The notes below the pieces were generated by a model. That model was given only the letters and a program-made list of their open reading frames with translations, had not been told where the DNA came from and made no database searches. The translations under genes and the position numbers were made by a program. DNA of 60,834 nt, filler included, from Nitrospirota bacterium (GTDB taxonomy: Bacteria; JACPQY01), in the NCBI GenBank assembly GCA_016180645.1. It is 3 parts of 3 records of this genome, joined end to end, with 100 filler letters (N's around TTAATTAATTAA, not from the genome) between each part and the next. Parts side by side here need not be neighbours in the genome. Positions count along the whole stretch, not along the records: positions 45,536 to 60,834 come from JACPAV010000061.1; 2 more parts are not named here. The stretch is one strand, 5' to 3'. Position 1 is the first letter of the stretch. Every line of letters starts with the position of its first letter. This document shows positions 57,601 to 60,834 of the stretch, one piece after another.

Positions 57601-58248
57601 ACGAAAATGGGTGACGTGAATATGGAGTCTCTCGCGGAATACGATGAACTTAGTCAGCGGTTCACCTTCCTGACTGAGCAGAGGGACGACATTCAGAAAT
57701 CGATCGAGCAGCTCCGCGAAGCGATCGCCAAGATCAACCGGGTTTGCCGCGAACGGTTTGATCAGATTTTCGAGGAGGTCAGCAAGAAATTTTCTGAGGT
57801 ATTTGCCGGCTTGGTCCGAGGGGGGAAGGGCGAACTCCGGCTGATCGAGCCGCCGCCGCTCCCCGAAGGCGAGATCGAGGACGAAGAGGCGGCTTCGCGG
57901 CGGTCCAAGCGAGAACGCGGCGTGGATATCTACGCCAAGATGCCCGGCAAGACCATGGCGAGCCTCAACCTCCTGTCCGGTGGTGAGAGGGCCCTGACGG
58001 CGTTCTCGCTCCTGCTCTCGCTATTCCTCGTTCGTCCGAGTCCGTTCTGCATTCTCGACGAGGTGGACGGCCCGTTGGACGATTCCAACGTCCATCGATT
58101 CGCCCAGACCATCGGCGAGATGGGGAAAACCAACCCCTTCCTGGCCATCACGCACAACAAAGTGACGATGAAATACGCAGGCACCCTCATCGGCGTCACC
58201 ATGGAAGAGGACGGCATCTCCAAACTCGTCTCCGTCAAAGTCGCGTAG
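54664..58248 (+). CDS. smc: Chromosome segregation protein SMC
   Basis: GFKSF, GPNGCGKTN, coiled coils, hinge, LSGGE, LDEVD. Confidence 0.96.
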   Translation: MRIRKLTLLGFKSFPEKTEFVFPEGLTCIVGPNGCGKTNIVDAIRFCLGEQSAKKLRGKSVVDMVFGGTSGKAAMNFADVSMTFDVQKGELPEPYHEIEEFEVRRVLYRSGESEYYINRTPSLLKDIYDLFYGTGLSPYSYGIMDQSDVTRLITMHVEERRLLLEEAAGITKFRRKRQEAERKMERTRVNLQRVEDVLAEVERQKRSLERQAKKAQKLKELNEELRAKELIMYKAQWRGLRAALDRVEQEETEEQRLRDELSASLSTLESERERIELESVQVEEDLRRLREEFHRAEIDQEQCRGQIEKHRADKAALERRTSELRAQADALRADVEAADRKLAELDAERRDVEENLNRLRLQLSERRPRREELIARMQSLREQEDRLEQERLERMAQVAELERVVASAEGRRHETEKRRVELESRRQQLLFSEQEMVEQTRGIEDLRAKTAVLLEENGRRLESVEEHLRNLSRVYGERINDRRQKRDDVERLSATRTSLQTLQETYSGFHEGARQILLKWGRNGIKGTVAEVLDVPERYRQAVEASLGVLLEAIVTDTRSYGMQAMDYLRSEDLGRAFFVALDAPAGNGASPMEDPRPENAERLIEKIQPKPGYESVAERLLSHVWVVDRIEDVFALPPSSRATYVTKWGEVSHPQGVLAGGAQAKQETASLAWLERKEKLQQIDEQLTAMQSALSQIEEEIPLMEARRTELESEREKERLAQVDLQAQIARFQAEKEGVARVMQTSGSAAVSQEEDSIQRTIGELSTVLDTAQQSLDQFRGQQQALAEKIAGVRREHEAAGLGLAETEKGINELAFTEVQLDERHQQLAKASVEIERGREQVLERFERLEAEIGESAAPVAALDKAIAEAESRLSDLQEQARMAREEVAKAEETIRQLRDRRGALESDAKSTRERLRQVEERVAELSVEKATSAMHMDRTNQEARERWGVEDLAALEAAPPEDLEALTASVAELRDRKTKMGDVNMESLAEYDELSQRFTFLTEQRDDIQKSIEQLREAIAKINRVCRERFDQIFEEVSKKFSEVFAGLVRGGKGELRLIEPPPLPEGEIEDEEAASRRSKRERGVDIYAKMPGKTMASLNLLSGGERALTAFSLLLSLFLVRPSPFCILDEVDGPLDDSNVHRFAQTIGEMGKTNPFLAITHNKVTMKYAGTLIGVTMEEDGISKLVSVKVA

Positions 58249-58316
58249 CCCCTGGAAGCCGATCCCCAAACCTTTCGGGGGAGAGGTATGTTCTTTTCTA
58301 GTGCCATGGCGTGAAT

Positions 58317-59962
58317 TCAGTCCTGGCACACCCCCAGTGTGGCCACGCCGTTCACGTTGACGTTCTTCGGAATGGCCCCTAAATCGCTACCGGATCGAAA
58401 CTCTCCGAGGGGGATCGTATGTCGGATCACGAGTTGACCGTCTTGGACGATGACACGATCGAGCACGAGGCGCAAGATCTTCACCTTCGACTCGAAGTTC
58501 GGACGTTCGAGTGCCCCGTGAATATTCTTACAGAAGACCTCCACACCTTCGACCAGGTGCAAGCTCCTCTGCCGCTCTTTTTGTTTCTCCTCGATTTCCT
58601 TCAGCCGCGCCTCCATGAGCGTCTGATGAGCGGCAATCGACTCGCGCCTCTGCTTGAGATCCTCCAGCGCTAGGATGCCCGCCTGGTAGCCGTCGATGAG
58701 ACGTTGGTCCTCGCGCTCCAAGGCCCGTAGGCGCGTGTGGAGCCGCTTGATCTCCTGATCCTCGATGAGGTCTTGGGATGCTTCTCCGTGGCCTCGGGCG
58801 TACTGCTCCAAGAGGATCTTCGGATCGAGGAGCATCTGTCGCACCGTGTCCCACACCCGCTCTTCCACCGGCTGTGCGGCAACGAAGCCCCCGCACACCG
58901 ATCGGGGCGATACGACGGATATCGGGCGGTACAAAGATAGCGTCGGTAGTGGGGCGTGCGCGTCGAGGTCAGCCCGTGCATGCGCCGCCCACACGCACCG
59001 CAGACGAGGAGACTCTTGAGCAGGTATCGCCCGGGGGTCGCGTGGCCCGGATTCCACGTTCGATTCTTCTCGATCTGTTTCTGGGCCTTCTCCCAGATCT
59101 CCTCCGACACAAGGGCCGGAGCCGGAACGGGAATCCATTCCGCGGGGGGTCTCTTCCGGCGACTCCTCGCGATCCCCGGTCGAAGGTCCTTGAAGCTCTG
59201 GGCACCCCGCGGACGGGCGGGGGGCGTGTCCACCGTCGTCAGCACGTTGTAGTACCGAAGCCCCTTGTACACGGAGTTCTTGACCATCCCCGTCAAACCG
59301 GAGACATGCCACCGAGTCTTCCCCTCCTGGGTCGGAACGGCCCGCTCGGTCAAGCGATGCGCGATCCGCCCGAGCGAGAGTTCCTCCTCGACGAGCCAGC
59401 GATAGATTTCACGCGCAACCTCCGCCTCCGGCTCGTACACCTTGAGCAGGCCTCCCCCTCCCTCCGCCCGCTTCCACGTCCGATACCCGTACGGGGCACG
59501 GCCGCTCGTGATCCGACCCTGACGGGCCAGGTAAATCCGTCCACGCCTGGTTCTTTCAGCGATGAGTTTTCTTTCATACTCGCTGAACACGCCCTGGATC
59601 TGGAGGAGCATCTGGTCCTCCGACCGATCTGAATAGGTCCGGTTGAGAAACACGATTTCGACACCCGCCCGGCGAAACTCCTCCAAGAGAATCACCTGAT
59701 ACGGAAACTGCCGGGCGAGTCGGTCGGGGGCATAGGCCAGAATCGCCTCCAGCTTCCCCTCGTACACGTCGTCCCTCAGCCGCTCCAAACCCGGACGGTC
59801 CAGACGGGACCCCGTGAACACATCGGTGTACTCGCGGCTCCCGTCCACCCGATACTCGTGCTCGCTCGCGTATCGATGAAGCGCGTCGAGCTGGCTCTCC
59901 ATCGTCGCCTCGTCCTCCTGCCGGTCCGTCGATACACGCGCATAAATGGCTGCAATCTTCAT
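58317..59962 (-). pseudogene. Large serine recombinase, -1 frameshift at 58888-58892
   Basis: RBS AGGAGG, YARVST, DRLAR, EYER..I.ER..RG, APYGY, Zn ribbon CGACG; coiled-coil C-terminus in a second frame. Confidence 0.88.
58333..58383 (+). repeat. Dispersed 51-bp repeat, copy 3
   Basis: Identical to 18669-18719; overlaps the recombinase 3' end. Confidence 0.9.
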
Positions 59963-59978
59963 CTCGTCCTCCTTGATC

Positions 59979-60170
59979 TTATGTTCCTGTGGCCTTCTGG
60001 ATCGCTTCCGATTCCACCCGCGCAGCCGGGTCTTCTGTTTCCGGACTCGGTAAAGTCCGCGCAATCGGCGGGCTCCGAAGAAGCTGAAACACTCGCCCCA
60101 GTCTCTCGACCTCGTCGCGACACGGCACCTTCTCGATCTCGATTCTCCATGCGTGGGATCTCTTCTTCAT
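59979..60170 (-). CDS. Small accessory protein upstream of serine recombinase
   Basis: 63-aa ORF (..RDEVERLGRVFQLL..) just upstream of the recombinase RBS. Confidence 0.5.
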   Translation of the reverse strand: MKKRSHAWRIEIEKVPCRDEVERLGRVFQLLRSPPIARTLPSPETEDPAARVESEAIQKATGT

Positions 60171-60834
60171 GGCATCGTCCCTCTCGTCCCCCCGCTTGAT
60201 CCCTCCACCAAGGTTTCTGGAGAAGATCGGACACGGACGATCCGTTCGTACCCACAACGAAAACGTCACCCACAAGCTCGTCAGAACAGAGCAGGACGCT
60301 CCGGAAACCTCTCATGACCCTCCAACTTGCCGGAGCCGAGGACGGACCGTGTGAAAAGGCTCTAAGATTTCAAACTCAAGGTATGTTTCGATCCCGTGCA
60401 GATTTCGCCCTCAACCCGAAAGGAGCGGAACGCTACTCTGGCACCCATCCGCGGCGGCCGCGGCCTTCAGTCGGCGTTGATCCCGCGGACAAGCGCCCGT
60501 ACCTACCTCACGGCTTGATCATCCGGATGCGGTGGTTACGACGGTCGGCCACGCGCCGCCTGCCGTCAGACTTGATTCTCTTGTACGTCCCGGATACAAC
60601 CCTGACGTGAGGCCGACCAGACGACAAGTGGAGTTTCTGATTGAGGTGCTAAAGACTTGGGGCCTTTTGGCCGTTCCTGGGGGCGCCGCAGATTCCGTAA
60701 TCGACGGGACACGCCGCGGGTGGGACCTAAATATTCCCACTAATGTACTTTAACATATTCTCCATATCTGCTATGCTCTCCTCAACAAGGAGGGTTCATG
60801 GCCAGAACGATTCGGTTGACGCGGCGCGTGCCCG

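Noticed and set aside
1-60834. CRISPR array, rRNA or phage structural genes
   Set aside because: No regular repeat-spacer series, cas, rRNA, capsid or terminase motifs seen
60314-60834. Short ORFs and possible far end of the serine recombinase element
   Set aside because: No recognisable motifs, and I could not identify a convincing second att half-site by eye

Overview
GC-rich bacterial sequence, probably a MAG of a Gram-negative lineage; taxonomy cannot be fixed from sequence. Two 100-nt N/TTAATTAATTAA linkers (19526-19625, 45436-45535) split it into three contigs, so adjacency across them is not biological. Contig 1 (1-19525): an extracellular electron transfer locus. A porin, a PBP-like protein, a heme-motif histidine kinase and a sigma-54 regulator precede a sigma-54 promoter driving an OmcE-like tetraheme cytochrome, an NHL lipoprotein, two c7-type trihemes, a beta-barrel and a ~1000-aa NHL/OmcE-like 12-heme fusion. 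A HEAT-GGDEF-HK-RR operon follows. Contig 2 (19626-45435): accessory island with Rhs remnants, a CoiA-like nuclease, two tandem very large tyrosine recombinases, TA modules each preceded by a ~182-bp repeat, an SF2 helicase, a T4 Rnl1-type RNA ligase, mobile mystery proteins A/B, and a minus-strand array of 35 tRNA genes covering all 20 amino acids. The array is highly non-canonical: ten C33 anticodon loops, altered T-loops, Ile(UAU), a UUA-anticodon Gln-type tRNA, a D-armless Arg(UCU), a ~127-nt structured RNA, and three copies of one 66-68-bp structured element inserted inside tRNA genes with 3-bp duplications. Contig 3 (45536-60834): housekeeping genes (nfo, PP2C, pmbA, GNAT, recN, nadK, smc) and a frameshifted large serine recombinase whose 3' end runs into a dispersed 51-bp repeat.
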